Below, one piece after another: positions 39,001 to 51,100 of a stretch of 64,000 nucleotides of DNA. Where the stretch lies: contig JAQGDQ010000147.1 in NCBI GenBank assembly GCA_030141605.1, positions 1 through 64,000 on the forward strand. Reading direction: 5' to 3'. The notes under the pieces were generated by a model. The model was not told the origin of the DNA. It worked only from the letters and a program-made list of their open reading frames with translations, and searched no databases. The stretch is from Tubiluchus corallicola. Taxonomy: Eukaryota; Animalia; Priapulida. Every line of letters begins with the position of its first letter. Within the stretch, counting starts at the first letter, position 1. The position numbers were made by a program, and so were the translations under genes.

Positions 39001-41640
39001 TTGATTGATAAAATATGTTTAGCATTTATTATCAACGGAGTCATCTAGTTTTTTTTTGTAAAACCTACAAACATTAACTCGGGTGTATCATATATGTATC
39101 GTGATATGTATTGTACAGTGGGCTAAGTGCATTGCTCAGCTGAATGGTACAATCTTGCTTATTTACATTAAACCAACTCGTATTTAGCTTATGTTCACAA
39201 TTTTGTAGTTTTGTGTAGTTTTACTGCAAAAAAGTTTAAAGTTTAATGTTTATTTACTTTTCAATAGCATCTGTATCTATATAATAGTATTTATGCTCTA
39301 CAACGTTTCATAATAGTTACATGTCTAACATTGCATACTAACACCATGCATCTACATAAATTATAAACTATATAAAGTGGGTCAAGATACATCAAGAAAA
39401 TAAAACCGTTAAGCCAGTAAGATCAATTTAGATTAAAATATCAAAAAACTCATTATGAAGCTTAAACGTCTCTGAGAAGCATGCAAACATTTCAAACAAT
39501 CAAGTTTTCATTTCATGACTTAAACAATCAAAGCTATGAAATTACAAAGATTTTTTTAAAATTAATATTTAAGATTAATTTAAAATAGTCTTTAAGAATC
39601 ACTAAAGGCTTTTAAGAACAAGTAAGTTTTTAATTTGGATTTAAAAGTATCAAAATTGGTGCAAGTTCTTAGTTCGTACAGCAGCATGTTCCAATAATAA
39701 GGCCACATGCTGCGTACATAGCATTTTGCTGCCAGAAGTTTGATTTATTTTAAATAAGTTCTGCCTCACAGGACAATTGATCAATATCAGTATTTTTTAA
39801 CACATTATTAGTTTTGCTCACTTGTTAGTATCTGAATGAAAAAATCTGACTTAACTATCAATTTTGGGCTCGGTATAGCATCTGTGGCAAATGTTTGAAT
39901 TTTGGGTGGCTCACTTTAAGACAAATAACTACGAGTAATTAACACCTGCTAGCTAGCTTTGACTTGTATTGACTTGTTTTAGGACAACGAAAAGCCTCAT
40001 TTTCATCCTCTGGACCAGCATCAAAGTTGGTGTCCTTGGAGGACAACTGAACAAACCTTTATCAAGTTTTCTCACGAAACTACCAAAATCAGCTCTCAGA
40101 AAAATATTCCAAATTCTTTGGTAAGTGTGCATAAACATGGATTGTCACCAAAACTTAAACACCTGTACCTTCAGTAACTGAGAGGCATTGCTTTGGCATT
40201 AAATGTGTTTGAGACTATTGCTTTATAAATGTTTTTAGCTCCTGGACACCTAAGGAAACTACATCTTGCTTTCGCTCCAATTTTGAAATTAGCTTTTGTT
40301 AGTTCAATAAATTTTTTTGTGGTGATGTGGTTCTCCTCCAATGGCTATCCCAAATAAAGACCTAGGCTTCGATCATGCCACAAGTATCCTGATTGAGCAT
40401 CCTGTACGTGCTGTTGATAATCCTGTCAGGCTTCAGGTTCAATTCCCAAGGTTTGATTTTTTTAATGACAGAAATAGCTTGTTAGATGTAAATAAATTTA
40501 TAGCATATATAGCAGACTTTCTCACAAAATATGGCAATTACACCCTTACATAGGATTTAGCAAAAACTGAGTGAACTTGAATAGCATAAATAATTTGAAT
40601 GTAATTTGATACTACATCATCGTGCTGTATACTATGCTTAATCTATCCTAGGAGAAGGGACAACCATTTAACTACCTTCATCTTTATGTAAATTCAATAC
40701 TGTTTTAGGATGAAGGTGCAGAAGCAGATGGTATTGCTGACAAGCCCGCTGATATATCTGAGACAGAAAAAGATTTTTTCAGAATAGAGAAGCAACAGCA
40801 TATATCTGGCTGGAGATCTCTTCTGCAAGTCTTAGTTCCAACATCCTTCAGCAAAGACGACTCGGAAATGAGACTTACAGCTTGTAAAACTGTACGTATG
40901 TCTCGGTATACCACTTCCTGTGTGCACCATCATTCTGTCAGGTCACCAGCATAGTATCGGTTTCTATGTTTCAACAGCTAAAAAAAGTTCCATTTTGCTA
41001 AAATATGGATTTGGCAAGTTTGCCGCTTTCATGGGTATAACTTGTGCAAAAAAGATTGAGATGAAAAATCGTCAGCCGACGGATTATCATAAAGCGTATC
41101 TATTTCACATGCCATACAGAGTTGTACCATATATTTATGCAAGGTATTTTAGAGTACAAGATATGTTAGTTGCACACTAATAAACACACTCATTACCTTA
41201 TTCTTTTACAATATCAAGTGGACAGTGTTTGATGACTGCTTGAGACACATTGACATCACACATTTAGTGCTTTTGGAATTAGTAATTGAAGATTAATTAA
41301 AGAGTAATTAAAGATTGAAGAGTAATTAAAGACTCATTCTTATCCGTGTAGTACATGCTGTATTTATATTGCACATAAATCAATGAATGCCATACACCAT
41401 AGTGTTAACGTTTATCCTGTTCAAAACACGTTTTCTATGTCTTTATGTGTGTACCATACGGAAATAGATCTTTTAGGTTTAACTGTTCATCCGTTATTAT
41501 TCCAGACTCCCCCAAGGGAAGGTTTAAAGAACATTAGAAAGGTCCTGAGTACATGGTCATCATCATCATTATTGCTATCATCGTCATCAGCAGCTCAGAG
41601 CAAAGTAACCGATGACCAAGTACCTTCCGAAAAGAGTTAG
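33062..41640 (+). CDS. ZC3HC1: Zinc finger C3HC-type protein 1 / NIPA
   Basis: Exons 33062-33240 (start may be ATG 33119), 33586-33682, 34118-34268, 35375-35458, 36564-36688, 37397-37521, 38221-38383, 39983-40120, 40709-40891, 41506-41640; 1380 nt in frame. Motifs: TPRKVRSLL, FLQRVHTFS|LVNWFGKP..CARYGW..LKCTSC, HSSFCPWP, LAGW, CGYCSRQVGLW, FHPLDQHQSWCPW, GWRSLL. Confidence 0.9.
33683..34117 (+). other. U12-type (minor spliceosome) GT-AG intron in ZC3HC1
   Basis: 5'SS GTATCCTTTT; branch-like TTTCCTTAAAT at 34094-34104, about 14 nt before CAG; the join restores the reading frame. Confidence 0.85.
35672..36487. mobile_element. Degenerate hAT-like MITE with GTAAT/ATTAC subterminal repeats
   Basis: TAGTGTTGGG... 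/ ...CCTCACACT ends, clustered attac/gtaat motifs at both ends, imperfect TSD (tcatcttt / tcatcctg). Confidence 0.55.
38535..39145. mobile_element. MITE, copy 2 of the 25166-25792 family
   Basis: gtatcgatg...gacgatatt at left; tctag(t)n..aaacattaactc...atatgtatcgtgat at right, matching copy 1. Confidence 0.6.
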
Positions 41641-41869
41641 ACGTCAATGTCATATTCATTGAAATAGTGGAGTGTTACGATTATAAACAAGTAGATATGG
41701 CAGTTAATAAAATAATTTACCTGCTAAAGCCTGTAATCTTCTCTGTTTCAGCTGGGGAAGTAACACACAATCTGTTGTGTAAATATGAAATTTAGTAGAG
41801 AAATTTGTACATAATGTTTCTGTTACTGCATTTTTGTAGTTTTTTTACTGCAGTTTCTGTTACGGTAAA

Positions 41870-42610
41870 TGTGCTCCAAATTATTAGAAAAAAGAGATCT
41901 CAAAGTCAACAACATGAAAACTGAGGACGAATATAACATTTCAAAGGATGGAGATCAATCCTGGAATTGTTGCAAATACATGATATACATAATACATGAT
42001 ACACAGTACAAGATGATATCAAAAATAGGGTGCAGCGGACAATGTACAATTTTGTCCAACATAAATCAATTCTAACCAGCAAGAAGCTATCCCTAAAAAC
42101 AAGGCTGTGACTCTTCAATGCATCTGTAACTAGTAGCTTCATGTGCAACAGTGAAATATGCGGTTTGACTGCAACTCGGGGAATCAAAAATAGATGTGTT
42201 CCACAAAGGTCTACTCAGAGAAATCTTAAAATTAAATTGACTATGTCGGCTATATATAGTTTCAAATGAGCAGCTGTATAATAGAACCAAAGAAGATTGT
42301 TGGAGCACTAAAATCAAAATCAGAAAACTAAGATGGGTAGGACATTTAATGAGATTGCCAGAAACAACCCTAGTAAGCTTAGCATTACACGAGACACTGA
42401 AGCCTGTTAAATGACCTCTAGGCAAATGAAAAGCAACTTGGATATTATGAATTAATAAAGATTTACTACAGCTGAGACCAAGCTTAACAATAGCATCCCA
42501 GGAGTTGAAAATTTTAGCTGCAGACAGGAAACAATGGTCAGTGGGATGCTCTAACAAAGAATAGAAGTTCAATGTCTACAATAGATATTTAGAACAACAG
42601 AAGAAGAAAA
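41870..42610 (+). mobile_element. 3' fragment of a decayed RTE-like non-LTR retrotransposon
   Basis: Translates with stops to LKVNNMKTE, KTRL*LFNASV, IDVFHKGLLREIL, SNEQLY, KLRWVGHLMRLPE, KATW, AADRKQW; ends in GAAGAAGAA. Confidence 0.75.
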
Positions 42611-45039
42611 TAGAACTGCATTTTTAAGTGATATTTAGATCTATTGAGGTGATTGATTTATGAAATTTGTAAATGTGAAATTTGTGCACTACCGAATACA
42701 CGTGTTGCTTGTGTATAGACTGTTGCAATTGCATTTTTGTATGGCATTCAGCTCTAAGCAAAATGACTGCTTTCTGAAAACATGCCAAAAGAAGCAGAGG
42801 GCTGTCTGCACTTAATAATTTTATAATTCTCAGTGCTTATTGTTGGCAATCTAGGCAAAATGCATTCTAGCCAAAAATACCTCAGGTTAAAACCAGGGTA
42901 TTATATGGTCATCGTAAGTATGCTTTCTACCAAATTAATCCTTTCACTTACTAGATGTTTCAGTTCATTTGGAAAAACTTTCCTTGCTTGGCCTGCCTTT
43001 GTAAACTTGACATATTTTGTGAAATTATTTTGTAATACATAACAATTATTTGTGTTGGATGTGTTTGTAAATATTGATGTCCCTTTTGATGTACGTTCAA
43101 AATGCGTAATCACAAATATTGCAGCAATGGTTTTGAGTGTCCTTTTCAGAGCTGGTTCTAGGTAGCTTGACGCCCTAGGAAAACTGTTCCCCTTGTTAAC
43201 GTTCAACTCCTTCCCCATCCCACTCCCAATGTTGATTTTTTTGTGTGTAATATTATAATAAAATGTAATGGTATCTGAACAACAAGCAAGAAACCTTTCC
43301 TTTATTTTAATGATAGCAGCTAGGAGATATAATGCTATTTATTTAAGTATTTTCACACCTGTAATTAATTATAGTAATTAATGCTATCTGAAACTATTTA
43401 AAAAGTATGCTTTACAAAATAAATAATAGTCTATGCAAAGTTTACTTTAAAAATCATCTTGTTAATAAGCTGAGCAGCAGGAAGTTACCAGGATGCTTTA
43501 ATTTTCACCTGTAATTAGTAACATACCTGTGCAAATTGTAAACCCTAAAATATATTTTATAGATTAAGTAGTATTAGAACTTTGCCATAGTTGATGGAAT
43601 TCACTTCACAGATAAGGAACATTCTATTACAGTTTACAAAAAAGAATTTAGTGTAGAATCACATAGCAACCAATACTAGCCACAACAGCTATGCAAATTT
43701 TCATGAATTTATTCTTAAACTTTTAAAGCCAAAATCCCAATGATTAGTTTTCATAAATCAAATGTTCTTGCCTTCTTTGTTATAAATTGCGATATCTTAG
43801 CTTAGAAGCAACGTGCAAGTATGACATTGGTATCAAAATGCTCGCCGTGATCTGCTGATTAAGAACATGGCAATAACACAGATTTCATAATTTGAGCCAA
43901 ATGATCGATTTTGCTCTGGCAGCTCACATATACCGATAACTTGAATGGGGGGAATTTTATTAATTTGTACATTTATTGAACAGACATTTTTATTGTAATT
44001 TACTGCTGATTATTCAGAATTAATGATGTTTTAATGATAAGTAACTATCACTGAACTTTACGGTACTCGCACTCAACCAGTATTTATTTGTGAATAAAAC
44101 TTGCTAAAGCATTAAATAGTGTTGTTTGTTTTTTTGCTATTCTGTGTATTGTAATGTGATACATAATTTCGTTGCGTGCTAGTGTCTCGATTTCTTAATC
44201 TAAAAATAACGACTGCAGTGATCACCCCTTCATGATTAATGAAACAGTCCTCACTGTGCACGTGATCATAAATCGATCGCATGCCAAACAAAGTTCACAC
44301 ATAACCTTCACATGCTGTAATTCTCCCCCCAGCTTTGGCCCTCCTCTTATTAGCTGGCATTTTGCCAACAATTTTCACGAGTTCTACACAAAATAAAATG
44401 ATACCCAGCTGTAATTTACTAACAATTTCATTTTTGCTTCATTATTATTGCCTGTTTTGTGTCTTATTTTATTTGTTGTCAGCTGTTTAAAAATTGAGCA
44501 CCTTGACAGTGAACAGCGTTTGCATGAAAAAGTCACGGGCCTAGGGGTATGTTTGTTGAACTAGTTATGCATAATTTTTTCTGTTGTTTTGGGGGAGGGA
44601 GGTGAAACGCGTACCCACAGAGTGATATTTGAGGGTACTTCTTTAAATGCACACTGTATTAACACTAATCGCCCGCGCAATATTATACTGCATTTTCTCC
44701 GTGTGAGTATTCTTTTTAAATATTTTATGATGCTATTTTAGTTCAATTACCTTATTCAATAAGAGCTATACCCATGTACAGTACGCTCATGTTTACGTGT
44801 ATCAGCTGATTCAGCAGCGAACATTGTAACGCAGAGCCCCTGCCAATCATCTGCTGTAACCTCTGACCGTAACAACCAAAACATTGCATTTTTCTAGAAA
44901 AATATTTCTTATTGAAGTTGAATACTTTAACTTTATAAACTTAATGTATTTCGTTACAAAACAGAGTTGGTATATTGATAATTGTGGCAAAAATTACGAT
45001 AGTTTCAATAATTTTTAGTTGTAGAAGGCGTTGCTAACT

Positions 45040-45065
45040 GGTCACGTGATGTGTCATGACGTAAG
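45040..45065 (+). promoter_or_regulatory. E-box (GGTCACGTGA) plus CRE-like (TGACGTAA) upstream of UBE2H
   Basis: ggtcacgtgatgtgtcatgacgtaa about 110-130 nt upstream of ATG 45173 in a locally CpG-rich patch. Confidence 0.45.
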
Positions 45066-45172
45066 GGTCGATAGGCACACAGTGAATTTCGCCATCGAAC
45101 GAGAACGTTTGCTTTTTGACAGAATAAGTTTACAGCAAAAACTACGACGTCTGAGAATTTTAGCATCCAGAA

Positions 45173-48100
45173 ATGTCTTCTCCCAGTCCAGGGAAAAGAC
45201 GTATGGACACTGATGTAGTGAAATTGTATCCTTTTGACAGTCCTGTCGAAAAATATGAGTTGAAACATGACTAAGTTAGGCACGTAACTAAAGGAAACTG
45301 GTTTTGTTACACAACACTTTATGAAGGGGTGGTGACTGGTGAGTAGTTATTTGACAAACATGCAGCATTTGTTGTTGTTGCAGTAGCACTTACTGTAATA
45401 GCGACTAGGCAGTATTATAAGTAACAATGGTTTAATAAAAAATTCTTTAATGACGAGGTTATGCCACATTGGAAAATTCAATTTAATGAGTTGCAATGTT
45501 GGACTACGATTCAATGCAGAATTTGAAACGTTAATTATTTTTACGAATCAGTTTATGGTCAGGAGTCAGTCGTTAGTTAATGGGGAGAAATTTTTTACAA
45601 TATTTCAAAAAGTCCCTCAATATGATTAATATTGAAACTTGCTTGCTTGCGGAGTCTTAGAGACCTAACCATAACACGGTTTTTGATGGTCTGTCCTCAA
45701 CAATTTTCGAAATTAAGCTATATTTGATGCTTCAGCAATTTCACTATTAAGTGAATTCTAATGACTCATACTGCGAGAAGAGAAAAAGTGTACTCTGATA
45801 TTAGTGAAAGAGTACATATTGTACAAATACTTTAGTGTTGTGTCCACGTAAATCACAAAGTAGTCTAAGAAAATGTGTCAGTACATAAAATTGAATTGCA
45901 CCTGGTGACTTCGTAGCAGTTAATAAGATGTATAGTACCACGGCATTGTTCAAGAGAATACAGTCTGATTGAATACCGGAAGCCAGACTAATACACCTCC
46001 ATTGAGCTCTTTTAAGGCATTCTTAAGAGTAATATACTGTAGTCACAATAATATTTTTTCTATTTATTAAACATTGCTCAGTTTCAGAGTGTGATAGTTC
46101 ACTTGCTAGTTATCGATCTTGCTTGCAAAAATGCAGGTCTAAGTGCAACAAAGAACGAATTACATGTAAGATGCATATAATATATATAAATACGTGTGTG
46201 TATGTATGTATGTAGCATTATGACTATAAGACATGAACCTAAGAGTGAGCTTACTTTTTAAATGAAACTGCAGTCTACAATCCACTAGCCTGACCACTAA
46301 TCACTTGGCCTTTGAATGATTAAGTCCAACTGCTATGAACATATAAAACTTAACTTATCATTTATAGTAAAGCGTATAATTTACTGTCAGTTTTTTTATT
46401 TTGACAAATCTTCTCTTTAAATGACAATTAGTATAAAGTTTCTCTGCTAAAATGTCATTTATGTCAGATTAAATCTTGGAACTTATCACAATCTTGCAGG
46501 TCTTTTATGCTTAATTTCTTCATTGCCATCTACAATGGCATGTTTTTCATGAAAATTTTTGTGACTAGTTGCAAACTGGTTTGATCATCTTCAGTTCATA
46601 ATAATTGTCCTTTGCATCTGTGGGTGTGTAAATTGTTGTACTAAGACCGTGAGGCTTCTATGCAATCCAGGTTCTGAGTATTGATTAATTACCTGTGCGT
46701 GAGACCAGCATGGATGCTGAATATTGCTCAGTGCTCGCTGTACTAATTACTTCATCAACTAGGCTTTATGCGTGAAATCGTCAAATTAGGCCATTAAAAG
46801 TCACCTATAAGTGTCTGTTTAAATGCTTGTGTAACAAAGTTTTCCATGGTTGATATACATGCATAGTGATTTGTACTATACTTAATTACGAACATCTTAA
46901 TAGCGATCATGCAGACCAGCCAGTGTTTGGGGAACAAACCACGGGTATTAATTTGTAAAAGTCAGCAGATTCTGCTAATCATGGTCTGGCATGATGGCCT
47001 GCTTTACAGAAAGTGCTAGAGTACTCCAAAAAGCGACTTGCACTTAAAAACTTGCAGTACTTAATGGCTTTAGAACATTATGCATTTACTACGCTAGAAC
47101 TTAACTATACCTGATCAATGCGAACGACCTTACTCACAATTAGTCTAAAAAATATACTATGCAGTAGTTGTACAAGTCAATTGCACTAAAGTTAACCTAA
47201 GGTTACCATGCTTTTTATACTTAAATCATTGTAAAGTCTAAAACGGTAAATACCAGTACAAATTCACCTCTGCAAGTGGTGTGGTAGAGTAAAAATTATT
47301 TTTGCCTTACTTGCGATAGATCAGTAGCTGTCATTGAATGCTATAATTAGCCTAATGAAGAATCATCAACGTGGTTAATTGTTATAAGACTACAAGTCCA
47401 TCTTAGAACTTGAATAAGTTGTTCAATAATTTCAACTGATTTTTATTATAAATCCTTTATTTAAATAATAAACTTATAATACAGACTATAATGATGAAAC
47501 TAAAAAAATAAATTCATTAACTGCAGTCGCCCTCTTTGCAGAGTAATTTTAACCGAGCTGCCGTGTAGGGTTTTTATAGGTTTTACATGTCAAATGTAGG
47601 CCTGCGTTAACTCAAATGTAGATTTAGGTAATTCAAATGTGTCTTGGTAACTCAAATGTAGATTTAGGTAGTTCAAATGTGTTAACAATGGTTTTCAACA
47701 AATCTTGAGCGCTTTTGGTAAGTCAAATGTAGACACATGTCAAGTGAAATGTGACATTGGTATCTCAAATGTGGATAGGTGGTAAAGTTTAAGGATGTTA
47801 AATTTAATCTTAATTTAATAATTGCTGTGAAAGTAATAACTTTATAGGTCTACTAATAGTTCACTAATATTCTGTAAACTTTACATACCACTGGAACTGT
47901 TAGAGAAAATAATACATTCTTAAAATAAACAATGTTTCTTGAGAGAAACTAATTCATTAATGCAGTGCTTAAAAAACTAATTAGTGATTCACTGTTCATT
48001 GGGAAGGGATAAATAACACACTTTTCAAAGTTATAAAAGAGGTGATGACTATCTTTGGTTGATTTTTTTTTGTAATTTGCACTTAAATGAGTTAATTACC

Positions 48101-51100
48101 GATTTATTCAAAGTAATGCATCTACATTTGACTTACCTAAGTCACATTTGAGTTACCAAAACACATGCAAAATTCCTATGTCTACATTTCACTTACCTAA
48201 GTCACATTTGAGTTACCAAAACACGTTCGAAATTCCTATGTCTACATTTCACTTACCTAAGTCACATTTGAGTTACCAAAACACGTTCGAAATTCCTATG
48301 TCTACATTTGACTCACCTAAGTCACATTTGAAGTTTCCTGTGTCTACATTTGTCGTGTAAAACCTATATATGGCTCAGTGAAAAATTTTCATTTTAAAAA
48401 TCATGTAAAATCTGAAGTAGTTAATTGATCAGTGTTATTAATGGACTTAACTTGTGTCTCAGAATCGAGAGCAAACACGAAGTAACAATACTTGGTGGAC
48501 TCAACGAATTTGTTGTGAAATTCTTTGGACCTGCTGGAAGTAAGTATTTGGCTCTATGATAAGGAGTTAATTTAAAACTTTAAAAGACATTTTTTTGATT
48601 TATGCTAATCAGCTCGGTGCTAGCAGTTTGTTTATATGAGGTGTTGCACCTAGTGCTACCTACAGAAAGCCTTCTCGCTCACTGCTTGCAAGGAACACAG
48701 CTAACAAATCAGTCAATAAAATCTAATCTGGTGAGTCTACTTGATCAATAAAAACAACAGCTTTTGAGAGCTGTAAAAATAGTGTTTTCTGTTCACATTA
48801 TATTAGTAAGATAATGTAATTTGCAAGAGTGGTGTATAATAGAACAGTTTAGTTACCCAGAAGAGTAAAGTTGCACGTTCCCCCTTTGTTCTGATTTCAG
48901 TTGGAGGAACATCACTGTTTTCTTGCTAGTTGAAGGAGAGTTTATGCAGATTTTCTTGCTATGCACACCTATTATTGCTTTATGTTGGAAGATTATTCTT
49001 GATAAAGAGCTAAAGTCTGGTCTTGCCACAAGCACTAGTATTGCTATTTAGTAGCAGGCCTTGCAATTTGGTGCTAGATTCGAACTTGTATCGTGTCAGA
49101 GTGTGTAAAAATGCTCCACCTTTCCTCATCCAGTAATTATGCATTTTGCTAACAAATCTGGTTTAGTCACCATATACTAAACTGTAGCAGCAGGTTATGC
49201 ATTTCTAGCCTTTTCCAGATGTGGCGTTTTCTGAGGTAATATCATTTAGCAATTTCCAACATTTTGGTTATCTTTGGTTAATGATTGTTGTAGTTTAAGA
49301 AGAACATTGTATTAAAAACTGCTTGGCTTCTCCACCTCTGTGGATTAAATCATATCTAAATTACTAGCAATTCTTAACTCTCATGAGACTCCTCAATTCT
49401 GGCATTTCTATTCCTGTCCATCAATTTGTTTTATTTTCTAGTTATAAACGGCGCTTTGGGATGGTTGTTGACAAGTTTTCAGTAGTTTTCAACCTTTACA
49501 CACCTGCACCTCTTCCTTGCATAGCCCCTGATGCTCTATATTAAGCTTTAAACAACTAAAACGCCTCCTTTTATAGAGACTGAAATGGCTGTTCAGTACC
49601 CCAAATGCTTCTTGTCTTTTTACATCCTATCTGCATCTCAAATGCTTTCATAAACAAAAATCACAACAGGCTTCGTTATACGATCATGCATTAATTGATT
49701 AAAGACATAATCAAATTCATATAACATGAACATATATGACAATTTGAAGCCAAATCTGGTAAAATGGCTTGCATGTACAGAAAAAGTTACTTTCAAATTA
49801 TAGCACTCAATAAATAAAAGTACTCTAGAGCTTTACACAAACAAGGCATAATAATTGTAGCCATTGCAATTATCTGAATATTCTATGTCATTGGAACCCA
49901 ATCGTAATGGTGTATAATGTGCATGGCTTCGGCTTGCAATTAACACTGTTGGGAATGCGATTCCTTATCACTTCATTAACTCAGCTGCAGAGCTCCAAGG
50001 TTGATGAATATGTACTAGGCGACCCCAGGCAAATCCTTTTTCAATTCAGCCTCTGACTAGAACTGCATGTATTAGCAATAGTTCTCTGCTGTTGTGAGAG
50101 CAGCACTTTACGTTTGATGATGGTCTTGCATCGAAAATTACATGTCAGTTAAATACTGAATTAGGCAGCAGGAATTTCTAATAATTATTTTTTCAGAAGT
50201 TTACAATTTTTTTAAAAGTTTTGCAGTGAAAATGTCCATATTTAAAGGAAGTCTGTAGTTCTAATCAAAGTGCCCATACACACTTCTGTTGATTCGAATT
50301 AGCATTGTTTTTAGTTCATACTTTTAAAATATGCATTATCCTTGTTGACTTTGGAAAATCAAGCTTGCTGGGGGACTCATAGAAACTTAAACATGACAGA
50401 AAGTACAGCAAACATTAGGCACAAGCAATGATATTATTACAAAGGCTGAAAAACAGAAAGACACAAACAGTCCATCCACGTAACACCAGTGTGCGCAAGG
50501 TATCAAATTGCAAGCTTTTTATTAAAATATGTTTTTGCTTTTGCTCACGTTTGGAACTAATCATAAGCATTTTTGTCTAGAATCATTGTGCACGAGTGAG
50601 TCCGCAAACTGTCAAATCAATGTGCTAATAATAAGTGGGTTAAATTAGTTGTGCTTACAATTTATTTTACAAATAGTGTTAAAAGTTTTGTGAGATTTGC
50701 TGGTAGAAAAATTTTAAATTGTCAACTTTTGTGTCGTGTCAGTAATGATTTTTTTTCACAGCTCCATATGAAGGAGGAGTGTGGAAAGTCAGAGTTGACC
50801 TACCAGAAAAGTACCCCTTCAAATCACCATCTATAGGTAAGGGCAACCACTTGGGGTATTCTACATTTTATGAACATGATTAGGAATGTGGGTAAACACT
50901 TTTCCATGTGTTTCTGTCATTCAAGAATAGAACTGCGACTGTATAGTTGGGTGTTAGTCTAATCAGACAAGCAGTTGGCATGATCAGAACTGGCTTTTTT
51001 TCATGAAGTCCGAGTGATTTTGCACTTTATTTGCTAAATGTACACTTACACTTTAAAATCATGAAAGTTACCTAATAAAATCATTTTTTATGAACCAGAT

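Larger units (their letters stand above)
45226..48462 (+). other. U12-type (minor spliceosome) GT-AG intron 1 of UBE2H
   Basis: 5'SS GTATCCTTTT; branch-like GACTTAAC at 48444-48451, about 10 nt before CAG; no long pyrimidine tract. Confidence 0.88.

Noticed and set aside
42093-42572. 159-aa minus-strand ORF
   Set aside because: Antisense shadow of the RTE-like remnant
48121-48330. Possible CRISPR array or repeat-protein ORF (48148-48360)
   Set aside because: Head-to-tail 60-mers with no unique spacers, eukaryotic intron context, no cas genes; the ORF is a by-product of a unit length divisible by 3
49340-49700. Possible second RTE 3' remnant on the - strand
   Set aside because: Similarity too weak to support by eye
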